A stretch of DNA of 64,000 nt, from contig JBDRLL010000006.1 in NCBI GenBank assembly GCA_043813075.1, positions 32,001-96,000 on the forward strand, in the 5' to 3' direction. This stretch comes from Candidatus Altiarchaeota archaeon (GTDB lineage Archaea > Altiarchaeota > Altiarchaeia > IMC4 > SCGC-AAA252-I15). Shown piece after piece: positions 1-9,215 of the stretch. The number at the start of each line of letters is the position of its first letter. The first letter of the stretch is position 1. The notes under the pieces are model-generated. The model ran no database searches and was not told the origin of the DNA. It worked only from the letters and a program-made list of their open reading frames with translations. The position numbers and the translations under genes were made by a program.

Positions 1-435
1 GTTGACGACAACGTCCGCGTCATAGTAGTCCCCTATACGGTAATTGTTTTCAATGGACTGGCCTATGGCACAGCTGGATTCTATGACAACTGAGTCCTGT
101 GGGTTTATCACCACTTCTTCAGCCGGGACTGGAGTGCACTCGACGATGCCGAAAGACACGTTAACCCCGTAGATGGGTATCCTAACGGGAACGTCGCCCT
201 CATTCTTTACTTTAACGTATATCGAGTTGTTCTGGGCTATAACCCAGTCGACTGGGATGACCTGTGAGAACCCAGCCCAACCCCTCCGCTGGATGAGAGG
301 CTTTAAAACGCCAGTCTGCCAGAGGAGGACCAGCGTTATGGAGAGGAAAAGGATTACTAGGGAAAACACTAGCAGATTTTCTACAGATATCTGGCCTTTA
401 AACCCCTTAACCCTATTAGATGAACGCACAAGCAT
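1..435 (-). CDS. Class III signal peptide (type IV pilin-like) protein, runs off the left edge
   Basis: Manually translated (absent from the ORF track): MLVRSSNRVKGFKG|QISVENLLVFSLVILFLSITLVLLWQTG... Basic leader, KG/Q cleavage site, +5 Glu and a hydrophobic helix; open to position 1. Confidence 0.8.
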   Translation of the reverse strand, partial: MLVRSSNRVKGFKGQISVENLLVFSLVILFLSITLVLLWQTGVLKPLIQRRGWAGFSQVIPVDWVIAQNNSIYVKVKNEGDVPVRIPIYGVNVSFGIVECTPVPAEEVVINPQDSVVIESSCAIGQSIENNYRIGDYYDADVVVN

Positions 436-509
436 CCTTTTTAACACAGATTAATTAATTATTAAAGTCATTCGCAATATTAAAGACATTCAAAAAAGAA
501 GGTGGTTAA

Positions 510-1367
510 ATGAGAAAGATAATACTATCTGCCCTAGCATTGTTCATAATATCAAGCACGTGTTCGGCGACGTTCATACGCATGGATGTGCTATTGAACA
601 CGCCGCCGTTAATAGAGGAGGACAACTTCCTGATTAACGTCACGGTAACCAACAGCGGCGACGAGCCTGCCCACGACGTTCAGTTAGGCCTTAACCTGCC
701 TGAAGGATTCACGTCAGATGAGATATACGTTGGCACGCTGAACCCTAACCGGCCTTTCAACGGTTATTTCAAGGTTTCAACCGACAATGTGCTGCCAGGC
801 AGATATCCCATAATAATGAAGACGCATTACGCTGACGCCAACGCCTACCCGTTCTCTACGATAGCCCCTAAATTCATAGACTTCAAGATGCACTCCAAGT
901 CCGACACAATGGCGAAGATGGAGAACATCGAGTTGGGGGCTGACGAGGATGAAGGCAGAGACATAAAGCTTACTGTCATAAACAGGGACACCGCACCACA
1001 CACATACTCTGTGAGAATGCACACGCCCAACGAGATTGTGGTGGAGACGATGAGCCAGAGCGTCGACGTGCCCGCCACCGGCGAGAAGGAGGTTTTATTC
1101 AGGGTGAAGCCTTTCGGGGCGATATCGAACAGCGCGTATGTTGTGGCAGCAACCCTGGAATACGAAGACTCTGCGAGTGGGAGCACCATGCACCGTTCAT
1201 TCATAGCCACAGGACTTGTGAAGATAGTTGATGCCGGCCGGATGGATTACATCCCGAACTGGCTGCCCGTAGCAGCACTGATATTACTGATAGCCGTCTT
1301 CGTGTCACTGCAGCTAAAGAAGAGGGCGAGTGGCGGGGATAAGAAGAGGGAGTATAAGGTGGATTAG
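510..1367 (+). CDS. Secreted Ig-like (CARDB/COG1361-type) surface protein with C-terminal membrane anchor
   Basis: Signal peptide, 'INVTVTNSGDEPAHDV..LNLPEGF' beta-sandwich motif, C-terminal TM followed by a basic tail. Confidence 0.65.
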   Translation: MRKIILSALALFIISSTCSATFIRMDVLLNTPPLIEEDNFLINVTVTNSGDEPAHDVQLGLNLPEGFTSDEIYVGTLNPNRPFNGYFKVSTDNVLPGRYPIIMKTHYADANAYPFSTIAPKFIDFKMHSKSDTMAKMENIELGADEDEGRDIKLTVINRDTAPHTYSVRMHTPNEIVVETMSQSVDVPATGEKEVLFRVKPFGAISNSAYVVAATLEYEDSASGSTMHRSFIATGLVKIVDAGRMDYIPNWLPVAALILLIAVFVSLQLKKRASGGDKKREYKVD

Positions 1368-1422
1368 GCTAGGGGATCATCACTAAGCCAAAATATTCTA
1401 AGATAATAAAAAAGAATTTGAG

Positions 1423-3726
1423 ATGAGTGGTAAATCAGAGACAAAAGAGAAAAAGACTGCTAAGCACAAGCAGGATAAGAAATTCAAGGTGGACATAAAA
1501 TACGGTGGATATGACCTGAAGTTCAACATAAAGCCAACACCACAACTGATATCCAACATACTCGTATTCCTTATAATATACTGGTACCTGCTCTCCATAT
1601 TCACCCCCAAACTGATGCTGTTGGAGACCATAACAACAGGCGGGGACACGGCCTCACACTACTACCCGACTAAATTCCTCAAGGAAGAGCTCATACCAAA
1701 GGGGCATATAATCGGCTGGCTGCCGGGATGGTACGGTGGTATGCCATTGTTCCAGTTCTATTTCCCAGTCCTATTCGTCCTGATAGCATTCATGAGCTAC
1801 GTGATACCGCTACAGATAGCCTTCAAGATTGTGAGCGCGTTAGGGGTGTTCCTGCTGCCGTTAACCGCGTTCCTTGCCATGAGAGTCATGAAATTCAGGT
1901 ATCCGATGCCCATCATAGCCGCCATATTCACGATGCCGTTCCTATTCATGGAGTCGCACACGATGTGGGGCGGCAACATACCGAGCACGCTAGCTGGAGA
2001 ATTCACTTACGGCTGCAGCATGTCGCTGATGGTGCTGCTGCTTGCAATGATATACAGGGGGCTTGAGGAGGACAAATGGATAATCAGGAACGCTGTTTTC
2101 ATGGCCATAGTCTGCTTGACGCACGTTTACACGATAATATTCACTGTCGCCTCGATACCATACCTTTATTTCACTAGGAACGTCAAGGAGTTAAAAAGGA
2201 GGATAGTGTACTCCCTGAAAGTCTACCCCCTGGCAATCATGCTGACAGGATTCTGGCTTATCCCGCTTCTCGCAAGACACAAGTGGACTGCAGTATACGA
2301 CTTCGTGTGGGACATCACGGAAGAGGTGTTCCCGGTGCTCCTGTATCCGTTCTTCCTTTTCATGATTATTGGGATACACATGATGATCATAAACCAGGAT
2401 AAGAGGGTGGGGTTCATGTTCTTCTCGATAATAGCGTCATTACTGTTGTTCAAGTTCGGGAGCCTGCTTGGCGCCGGAATGGTTGACATAAGGTTCCTCC
2501 CGTTCACATACCTCTACACCCTCCTCATCGCAGCATACGGGATGTACACTTTGGTGAAGAATGTTGAGGGGGCCTGGATTCTGCCGCTCATAATCGTCTT
2601 CCTAACCCTATTTTGGATAAACGAGTACAACGTAAGCGTCCCCAATGAAGGAGTCACCATGGACTTCATAGTGCAGGAACTCAAAAACTTCAGGTATCAT
2701 GGCTTCACACCCTCATGGGTGAAGTGGAACTACGACGGCTTCGAGAGGAAGATGCGGTGGGCAGAGTTCAAGGAGGTGAACGACTACCTGACTGGGACAT
2801 ACAATGACCCTAGAGTAAAGTTCGAGCACAACGACCACCACAACGAGGCGGGAACGGTCAGGGCCTACGAGTCCGTCCCACTCTTCGCTGGAAGGTCGAT
2901 ACTTGAGGGGTTGTACATGCAGTCGATACACACTTCAGTGTTCTCGTTCCTCATTCAGGCAGAAGTCTCAAAACAACAGTCATGCCCCTACTGGCACCGG
3001 TTCCCGTGCACGCATTTTGACATAGAAAACGGGACCAAACACATGCTAATGTTCAACGTGCGGCACATAATAGTCAGGAGCGACATGCTGAAGGAGGCGC
3101 TGCGGGAGAGAGAAGACTACAAGATGGTCTTGGAGACAGACAACCATGAGATATGGGAGCTGACTGATAACACAGGCCATTATGTGACAGTGCCCCAGTA
3201 TGAGCCGGTGCTCTTCAAGACAGACACCTGGCTGAATGACTCATACAACTGGTTCAGGAACATGAGCCTGATAGACACGCCGCTCGTGTTTGTGGAGGAG
3301 ATAGAGCCGGAGGACGCAGTATACTTCAGAAACGTCAAGGAAGATGGGGATTGGAGGGACATCCCGAAGGTGCCATTAGACAATAACTGCAACATAGAGG
3401 AGAAGCTGACTGCGGACGAGATATGGTTCAAGACGGACTGCGTGGGCAAACCACACATAATAAGCGTGTCCTACTACCCTAGCTGGAGGCCGGTCGGGGC
3501 AGATAAAGTGTATCTGATATCGCCTTCATTCATGATGGTAATACCAGAGCAGGAGGAGGTTAGGCTTGTGTACAGTAAGCTTCCGGAGGACTGGATAGGG
3601 CTTTTACTGAGTTTCACTGGATTTTTGACGGTATCCTGTGTCATAGCATACTACGGTAATGGTAGGGTGAGGAAGATGATTGACGGTAGCATGCTGGGTG
3701 ACGCATACAGGAAGTACGCTTCCTAG
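1423..3726 (+). CDS. Multi-pass membrane protein, PTPS-related/YfhO-like (GT-C-fold glycosyltransferase candidate)
   Basis: 'TTGGDTASH', 'GWLPGWYGGMPLFQFYFP', many TMs, C-terminal 'SYYPSW...SPSFM' motif. Confidence 0.7.
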   Translation: MSGKSETKEKKTAKHKQDKKFKVDIKYGGYDLKFNIKPTPQLISNILVFLIIYWYLLSIFTPKLMLLETITTGGDTASHYYPTKFLKEELIPKGHIIGWLPGWYGGMPLFQFYFPVLFVLIAFMSYVIPLQIAFKIVSALGVFLLPLTAFLAMRVMKFRYPMPIIAAIFTMPFLFMESHTMWGGNIPSTLAGEFTYGCSMSLMVLLLAMIYRGLEEDKWIIRNAVFMAIVCLTHVYTIIFTVASIPYLYFTRNVKELKRRIVYSLKVYPLAIMLTGFWLIPLLARHKWTAVYDFVWDITEEVFPVLLYPFFLFMIIGIHMMIINQDKRVGFMFFSIIASLLLFKFGSLLGAGMVDIRFLPFTYLYTLLIAAYGMYTLVKNVEGAWILPLIIVFLTLFWINEYNVSVPNEGVTMDFIVQELKNFRYHGFTPSWVKWNYDGFERKMRWAEFKEVNDYLTGTYNDPRVKFEHNDHHNEAGTVRAYESVPLFAGRSILEGLYMQSIHTSVFSFLIQAEVSKQQSCPYWHRFPCTHFDIENGTKHMLMFNVRHIIVRSDMLKEALREREDYKMVLETDNHEIWELTDNTGHYVTVPQYEPVLFKTDTWLNDSYNWFRNMSLIDTPLVFVEEIEPEDAVYFRNVKEDGDWRDIPKVPLDNNCNIEEKLTADEIWFKTDCVGKPHIISVSYYPSWRPVGADKVYLISPSFMMVIPEQEEVRLVYSKLPEDWIGLLLSFTGFLTVSCVIAYYGNGRVRKMIDGSMLGDAYRKYAS

Positions 3727-4415
3727 CGGACTTTAAGCCAGAGGGAAACCAGGTTTTTGAAGCGGTAGAATATCTCGTTCACTAGGTTGAATTTGCTTCC
3801 CCTAGTGTCATTGCAGAAGACGGGTATCTCAACAACGCTGCCGCCATCCTTCTTTACGTGATAAACCAGTTCGATCACGTAGGATGAGCCGTGGTCTATG
3901 TCCTTCACGTAGGGGAGTATGTCAGACCTAACCCAACCCTTGGTGCCTATGCTATAGTCGCGGTAGTCCAGCCCCAGCAGCGCTCGGACCAGCTGTATGA
4001 ATACGCCGCTTATGAATGTCCTGTAAGCCTTCCTCTCCTGCTTCCCCAGGTACTTTGAGCCTATGACCACGCTATTATCATCTAGCTTGGAGACGCAGTC
4101 TTTTATGAAGCTGAGGTCTGAAGATAGATCCATGTCGAGGGATACAAGCTTCTCTGAGGATGCTGCGTCAACCATCTTGGTGAAGGCGTAGCCTACGCCA
4201 CGACGGGGTATGAATAGGAACCTGAATCTGCCGGGATACCTTTCCTCGAGAACACGCCCCAATTCCACCGTACGGTCCGTGGAACCGTTGCTGCATACTA
4301 TAACCTCGTATTCGCCAATCTTCGCCTTATCAAGGTATTTTATCAGCTTGCCGGTGTTTTCAACGAGCAGCTCCTCCTCATTGTAGACAGGTATCATAAC
4401 GGAAAAGTCCATCAT
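3723..4415 (-). CDS. Glycosyltransferase family 2 (polyprenol-phosphate glycosyltransferase-like)
   Basis: 'SVMIPVYNEE', 'NGSTDRT', 'DMD' DxD motif. Confidence 0.85.
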   Translation of the reverse strand: MMDFSVMIPVYNEEELLVENTGKLIKYLDKAKIGEYEVIVCSNGSTDRTVELGRVLEERYPGRFRFLFIPRRGVGYAFTKMVDAASSEKLVSLDMDLSSDLSFIKDCVSKLDDNSVVIGSKYLGKQERKAYRTFISGVFIQLVRALLGLDYRDYSIGTKGWVRSDILPYVKDIDHGSSYVIELVYHVKKDGGSVVEIPVFCNDTRGSKFNLVNEIFYRFKNLVSLWLKVR

Positions 4416-4454
4416 TAGATTAAATTAAAAGCACAGGCATAATTAAATCTTAAA

Positions 4455-4901
4455 GTGACCGGGAAAAAGGCTAAGAACGCTGGGAAGGGGTTTAGTGCGC
4501 GTGGAAAAGGCATTGCCCATAGGAGACTAGCGTATGCCATTATTGTTATCATAGCGTACTCTCTGCCAGCATACCTGTTGTATGAGAACTACTCGAAGAA
4601 CGACAAGAGCAGTATGGACGGCGGGTGGGGGTACGGCACCGGAGTGTTCGAGGCCCTTGACGAGGATGCGCTGATACTTAGCAGATGGTCGGCTTACACC
4701 CTCCTCAACCACTTCAAGTACGTGGTGTATGATAGGGGGGATGTGACCATACTTTCGAGGCGTAAGATCGACTGGCTTAAGGAGGTTGACAGGAACTATG
4801 GTGAGAAGCCAGTATACTTGACTGAGATGGATGATAAGGTCTCTGAGAAATACGTTCTAGAGAGGGTCGGTGGGATATATCATGTCAAGAAAAGGAAATA
4901 G
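4455..4901 (+). CDS. Stand-alone C-terminal module of a DUF2723/TMEM260-like protein
   Basis: One TM, then 'ENYSKNDKS...YGTGVFEALDEDALIL...YTLLNHFKYVVYDRGDVTIL', resembling the extramembrane C-terminal region of DUF2723 proteins. Confidence 0.55.
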   Translation: MTGKKAKNAGKGFSARGKGIAHRRLAYAIIVIIAYSLPAYLLYENYSKNDKSSMDGGWGYGTGVFEALDEDALILSRWSAYTLLNHFKYVVYDRGDVTILSRRKIDWLKEVDRNYGEKPVYLTEMDDKVSEKYVLERVGGIYHVKKRK

Positions 4902-5973
4902 GTGGGGGGGTGTCACTCCAGGGCTTATCGTATTCACAACCACGCTAGTCGTGTATCTTAGCACAGTGTCTACAAACGTTGGTAGGGGGGATACGGGAGA
5001 ATTCCAGACGCTCCCATATGTGTTCGGCATAGCGCATCCAACGGGATACCCCACATACATCCTACTGGGTAGCGTATTCAGATGGATTCCGCTAGGTTCT
5101 TATGCATACAGGATTAACCTCATGTCCGCATTCTTCGGGTCGGTTACCGCATACCTCCTTTACAGGATTGTAATGAAGTACGCGGAAAACGTGTATGCCG
5201 CTTCAGCCGCCGCCCTAACCCTCGCCTTCAGCAAGCTATACTGGAGCCAGTCGGTCATAGCGGAAGCATATATCCTGAACGCATTCTTCCTCGTCTCATG
5301 CCTACTACTACTGCTTGAATGGAGGGATGGGGGAGACAACAGACTACTCTACGCGTTTAGCATACTATATGGCATTGGCTTAGGCAACCACATGTCCCTC
5401 GCACTCTACGCCCCGGCCTACGCATTCATAATACTTAGGAGGGATTGGAGGGTGCTGCTTGACGGCAGATTATTGAAGATGTTCGCCTTATTCGCCATAG
5501 GAGCCTCAGTCTACGCCTACATCCTAATACGCGACAACCCCGGGACCCCGATGAACTACATACACGAGTTCTCGGTGGAACACGGGACGTTCAACTACTC
5601 CGAAAACGCCGTTAAAGACAGGTTCGAGAGGCTTGGCTGGATGGTCAAGGGACGGCAGTTCAACGCAGACGAACTGACATACAAGAGGCTTACTAGCACC
5701 ATGGAAGAGCAGAGACTACGGGAGTCATGGGGAAGGATTATGGAGCAGATAACAGTCTTCGGGGCTATACTCTGCATCATTGGAGTCTCACGCCTCTTCA
5801 TGAAGGACAAGCCGATGCTGGCTGCAACAATCATCTTCTTCACGCTAAACACCATGAGGTTTGGTGGTGGAATGTACGAGCACAGCATACCTTCAGTGAT
5901 AATATGCTGCATATGGATAGGATTCGGTGTTGAACAAACGTCAGAATACGTGCGTCAGAGAGTGCTGGTGTAG
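4882..5973 (+). CDS. DUF2723/TMEM260-like GT-C membrane glycosyltransferase (N-terminal part)
   Basis: 'GDTGEFQ...GIAHPTGYPTY', 'YWSQSVIAEAY', 'LGNH' hallmark motifs. Confidence 0.85.
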   Translation: MSRKGNRWGGVTPGLIVFTTTLVVYLSTVSTNVGRGDTGEFQTLPYVFGIAHPTGYPTYILLGSVFRWIPLGSYAYRINLMSAFFGSVTAYLLYRIVMKYAENVYAASAAALTLAFSKLYWSQSVIAEAYILNAFFLVSCLLLLLEWRDGGDNRLLYAFSILYGIGLGNHMSLALYAPAYAFIILRRDWRVLLDGRLLKMFALFAIGASVYAYILIRDNPGTPMNYIHEFSVEHGTFNYSENAVKDRFERLGWMVKGRQFNADELTYKRLTSTMEEQRLRESWGRIMEQITVFGAILCIIGVSRLFMKDKPMLAATIIFFTLNTMRFGGGMYEHSIPSVIICCIWIGFGVEQTSEYVRQRVLV

Positions 5974-7517
5974 TTCACGTGCCTGAACAGCTGGGCGTAC
6001 CTTCGCTCGTCTATAATCTCGTAATCACCGCTCTCATTGACTGTATACACGGACTCCAGCTCATTGCGTACGAGACGCGTGTCAAGCAGGACGAAATCCA
6101 CGTCCGTGTCCGGATGCACTCCACTATCCTTGATGCCGTATAGGTTCACCCTAAACGGGTTGGGGAACATGTAGACACGCTCCCTGTGGGTCAGATGGGA
6201 CACAAAGTTGTAGGATGCCGAGACCCTAGCATCTTCTGGAATCAACTCCATCAACTCCAACACCTCAGCATACTCCCCATGAGGCCTGCCAAGCTTGGTT
6301 ATGGTATCCCAAGTCATCTCATAGTTGGATATCTTCGCTTCTCCAGGACCTATCTCCTCGTTCCCTATGAGGGTGAACACAACGAGTACAAGCAGGAGTC
6401 CGTATACACTCCATTTCCGTGACTTGTATCTGGCGACCCCGTTAATGATGGATATGAAGACGAATGGTATTATGGGGGTGACGTAGTGGAACCTGATTTC
6501 ATGGGCGTATGACCAGTCGGTGATCAAGTTGAGGTACAGGGAGGCTGCCGCTGCCATGGACGGCAGGTCCAGGAAGAAGAGGAATCCGGTTGGAAATAGG
6601 ACGTCCATGAAGTACTTGTAGTTCTTTGCTGTAACGACTTTGTTGAACATGAAGAATGGGTTGGTCAGGCTCTTGACCTTGTCCATCGTGGTCTTCCCGA
6701 AAGACCCGAGAGTCCTGCCGGTGTAGAACGCACCCTCAGTATTGAAGTAGGGGAAGAAGACGTGCATCACTAGCAGCACCCATATTAGTGACGTTGCCGT
6801 CGTGACCGCGCCGACACGCTTGTCTATCTTGAAGAATATGTATATGCCGAAGAGTATGTAGCTGAATGATATCTCCTCCTTGCATATGAGCGAGAAGAAA
6901 TACATCGCATAGTATGCGCGGAACCTCCTGTGCATTAGAAACCAGTAGCCGAAAAGCGTCAGGGGGACCATGAAGCTCTCATAATGGTAGCCTTGGTCGA
7001 GGTTAGAGTAGTGGACTGCGGGATAGAAGATGTATGCGAACGAGAATACCAGCGGAATCCAATAGCTGTCGAACTTATCCCTCGCAATAAGGTACACTGG
7101 TATGGCCCCGGCAGCCAGCACGAGAGTGTGCAGGAGTATCAGGGCGCGCACGTCATTCCAGAGCCAGTATAACGGGGCCACGAAGATGTGTATGAAAGAA
7201 GTGTGGTCTCCGAAGAAGTGAAGCCCCCTGGTCGTAAGGTAGGGTGTTTTAAAGCGGGATAAAAGCCAGATGCCCTGGTCAGGTATCCCCAAATCGAAGT
7301 TCCCATACCAGAACATGTTGTACTGGTTCAATACCGTGAAACAGAATACCAGCAGGTATAGACCGATCATGAGCGCCAGGATCATATAAGGAACTATCCT
7401 CGAACCCTTAATCCACCCACACGCAAGTGAGGCCTTATTCAAAATAGGCTTAAAACCCAATTTTTTCGCGATCCCAATCCTAGAGCTCTTCTTTGCCTTA
7501 CGTCCCTTAGAAGCCAC
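5955..7517 (-). CDS. DUF2079 family membrane protein (GT-C-like)
   Basis: 'FDLGIPDQGIW', 'FFGDHTS', 'CKEE', 'FHY', 'IPEDARVSAS...SHLTHR'. GTG start inferred at 7517. Confidence 0.8.
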   Translation of the reverse strand: MASKGRKAKKSSRIGIAKKLGFKPILNKASLACGWIKGSRIVPYMILALMIGLYLLVFCFTVLNQYNMFWYGNFDLGIPDQGIWLLSRFKTPYLTTRGLHFFGDHTSFIHIFVAPLYWLWNDVRALILLHTLVLAAGAIPVYLIARDKFDSYWIPLVFSFAYIFYPAVHYSNLDQGYHYESFMVPLTLFGYWFLMHRRFRAYYAMYFFSLICKEEISFSYILFGIYIFFKIDKRVGAVTTATSLIWVLLVMHVFFPYFNTEGAFYTGRTLGSFGKTTMDKVKSLTNPFFMFNKVVTAKNYKYFMDVLFPTGFLFFLDLPSMAAAASLYLNLITDWSYAHEIRFHYVTPIIPFVFISIINGVARYKSRKWSVYGLLLVLVVFTLIGNEEIGPGEAKISNYEMTWDTITKLGRPHGEYAEVLELMELIPEDARVSASYNFVSHLTHRERVYMFPNPFRVNLYGIKDSGVHPDTDVDFVLLDTRLVRNELESVYTVNESGDYEIIDERRYAQLFRHVNYTSTL

Positions 7518-7557
7518 TTTAGAAACAATATTTACATTAACAACATTAATATTAAGC

Positions 7558-8274
7558 ATGACCCGGGTTTTAGTGATGCTGCCCACATACAATGAGGCTG
7601 AGAACATAGGGAGCATTATAGGAGACATCCTGGAGCAAGGAGAGGATGTGGACGTGCTGGTTGTGGACGACTCTTCGCCGGACGGAACATGGAGGATAGT
7701 GGAGGGGATTTCATCAGAGAACTCCAGGGTCAATCTACTGAAGCGCGAGGGAAAGAGGGGTAGGGGCCTGGCGGGGGTGGAGGGATACAAGTACGGTATT
7801 GAGAACAAGTACGATGCCATACTTGAGATGGACGCGGACTACAGCCATGACCCGGAGCACATACCTGAACTCCTTAAAGCCCTTGAAGACGCAGACGTCG
7901 TTCTTGGGTCTAGGCTGGTGGAAGGCGGGATGGAGACGGGTAGACCGTGGATGCGGAGGATTATCACAAAACTCGCAAACACATATATAAGGCTGATGCT
8001 GGGGTTGGACGTGAGGGACTGCAATTCCGGATTCAGATGCTTCAAACGCGAGGTGCTTGAGGCCATAAAGCCGGAGACCATAACGTCTGAGGGACCTGGC
8101 ATAGTGCAGGAGGCACTTTTCAAGGCCCACTTAAAAGGATTCAGGATAAGGGAGGTCCCCATACGATTCAAAGACAGGGTTGCCGGGGAATCCAAGCTGG
8201 GTGTAGGCGCTTTAATTAGCGGATACACTTTAATATTAAAGTTGAAGTTTCATAGTATGTTAGGTGGTGATTGA
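7558..8274 (+). CDS. Polyprenol monophosphomannose synthase-like GT2
   Basis: 'PTYNEAENI', 'VDDSSPDGT', 'MDADYSHDP', 'F.DR..GESK'. Confidence 0.9.
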   Translation: MTRVLVMLPTYNEAENIGSIIGDILEQGEDVDVLVVDDSSPDGTWRIVEGISSENSRVNLLKREGKRGRGLAGVEGYKYGIENKYDAILEMDADYSHDPEHIPELLKALEDADVVLGSRLVEGGMETGRPWMRRIITKLANTYIRLMLGLDVRDCNSGFRCFKREVLEAIKPETITSEGPGIVQEALFKAHLKGFRIREVPIRFKDRVAGESKLGVGALISGYTLILKLKFHSMLGGD

Positions 8275-9214
8275 AATAAGGGTTCTGGTCACAGGCGCAA
8301 GCGGCTTCATAGGCTCCCACCTATGCCGGCTACTTCTTGAGGAAGGATGTGAAGTCTACGCCTCGTACCTTTATGACGAGGAATTGTACAGGATAAACGA
8401 CATCAAGGAGGAGGTCACTATGATGAAGTGCGATGTCGCTGACAGAAACAGGGTGGAAGCCGCGATAGAGGAGGCGGAGCCGGAAGTGGTCTACCACCTG
8501 GCAGCCCAGAGCTTCCCGACGGTATCCTGGGAGAAGCCGGCTGAAACACTTAGGACTAACGCTGAAGGCACTGTCAACATATTCGAGTCGGTGATGAGGC
8601 AAGACCTGGACTCGAGGATAATAGTAGCGTGCTCGAGCGCGGAATACGGGCTGGTGAGGGAAGATGAAGTCCCAGTCAACGAGGAACACACCCTCCTGCC
8701 ACTGCACCCGTATGGGGTAAGCAAGGTGGCGCAGGACCTTCTGGCATACCAGTACCATAAGAACCACGGCGTGAAGACGGTCAGGCTTAGGGTATTCAAC
8801 ACCACGGGCCCCAGCAAGACCAATGACGTGTGCAGCGACTTCACCCGGAGGGCTGTTGAGGCTGAGAAGAAAGGCGGTGGAGTGATGAGGGTGGGGAACC
8901 TGGAGCCCAGGAGGGATTTCACTGACGTGAGGGACATGGTGAGGGCGTTCCGCCTGTCCACCAAGCTGGCGGACAAGGGGGACGTATACAACGTGTGCTC
9001 CATGAAGGCTGTGAAAGTAAGGGAAGTGCTGGACACAATACTATCTCTGACAGAGAACGTCACCTCCGAGATTGATGAAGCACTCTTAAGGCCCAGCGAC
9101 GAGCCGGTGATACTGGGAGACAACACGAAAATAAGGAAGGCGTGTGGGTGGAAGCCGGAAGTGGCGTTGGATAAGACTCTTTCAGACATGATGGACTACT
9201 GGAGAGGCATGTGA
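8264..9214 (+). CDS. GDP-4-keto-6-deoxy-mannose reductase/GDP-mannose dehydratase-like extended SDR
   Basis: 'TGASGFIG', 'HLAAQS', 'YGVSK', 'GNL...RDFTDVRD', 'LRPSD'. Confidence 0.85.
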   Translation: MVIEIRVLVTGASGFIGSHLCRLLLEEGCEVYASYLYDEELYRINDIKEEVTMMKCDVADRNRVEAAIEEAEPEVVYHLAAQSFPTVSWEKPAETLRTNAEGTVNIFESVMRQDLDSRIIVACSSAEYGLVREDEVPVNEEHTLLPLHPYGVSKVAQDLLAYQYHKNHGVKTVRLRVFNTTGPSKTNDVCSDFTRRAVEAEKKGGGVMRVGNLEPRRDFTDVRDMVRAFRLSTKLADKGDVYNVCSMKAVKVREVLDTILSLTENVTSEIDEALLRPSDEPVILGDNTKIRKACGWKPEVALDKTLSDMMDYWRGM

Positions 9215-9215
9215 A

